From Monocercomonoides exilis PA203 (Eukaryota > Protista > Preaxostyla): 64,000 bases of DNA. Of the stretch, positions 63,901-64,000 are shown piece by piece (the stretch's first letter is position 1; each line of letters begins with the position of its first letter). Under the pieces are notes generated by a model. The model had not been told where the DNA came from. It worked only from the letters and a program-made list of their open reading frames with translations, and did not search any database. A program made the position numbers and the translations under genes. The stretch covers positions 868,001-932,000 of the forward strand of contig LSRY02000033.1 of the NCBI GenBank assembly GCA_001643675.2. The letters are read 5' to 3'.

Positions 63901-64000
63901 ATCATCTTCTTCTTCTTCATCTTCATCTTCATCTTCATCTTTGACAGAAGCATCAACCAACTTTGTTAGTTGTGTTTTAGAAGGACTGAGCTGTTTGTGC
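49978..64000 (+). CDS. MMS19: Giant MMS19/MET18-like CIA targeting-complex scaffold (>4,500 aa, runs off right edge) with internal CBM48-like domain
   Basis: Exons 49978-50116, 50214-50528, 50607-56174 and 56328->64000. The last is absent from the track because no stop is reached; I spot-checked its frame. MMS19_N-like motifs occur in order: VKSLPQSCRRPTYEIL, GTEKETKLML, LFDSLKPYFPI, LLRALTATPVF..LVLEKM..VKRDCL. C-terminal-like blocks are CAGLIN, MRCIALLPRFILEN and LLSIVCSGTLPTVL. Confidence 0.72.
54212..54345 (+). repeat. (TCA)n/(TCT)n coding microsatellite encoding ~45 residues of almost pure Ser
   Basis: Seen directly. It is one of many poly-Ser tracts in the long exons. Confidence 0.9.

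Noticed and set aside
1-64000. TAA/TAG reassignment to Gln as in some related protists; rRNA or tRNA genes
   Set aside because: Conserved genes end at TAA/TAG at the expected positions with no in-frame TAR. No tRNA or rRNA signatures were recognised.

Overview
Compact, AT-rich, intron-rich eukaryotic DNA using the standard genetic code (TAA, TAG and TGA all serve as stops). The short GT(T/A)TG..AG introns, poly-Ser-inflated proteins and relics of two highly expanded hypothetical-protein families fit an oxymonad such as Monocercomonoides. That assignment is my inference. The housekeeping and ciliary genes are PP2A-A (5' end), COMMD5, CAF1, a 2-TM hypothetical, RPL19, PDS5, SLD5, NMT, a small Dpy-30-motif gene, DLEC1/CFAP81, IFT52, an ARM/coiled-coil hypothetical, ZNF706, a METTL21-type methyltransferase and a giant MMS19-like gene that runs off the right end. 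An accessory island at about 31.6-44.4 kb holds two notable things. The first is an intronless gene of 31 strictly 90-bp ankyrin-like repeats whose variable residues fall at the DARPin-type binding positions. The second is a nested set of inverted-repeat elements: a perfect 396-bp foldback MITE inside the TIR of a 3.4-kb gene-fragment-carrying element, inside a 6.2-kb region bounded by imperfect short TIRs. Other highlights are the >4,500-aa MMS19 with an internal CBM48-like glycogen-binding domain and a candidate core-promoter motif, CCCANTAT. All identifications come from motif recognition by eye; no database searches were run.
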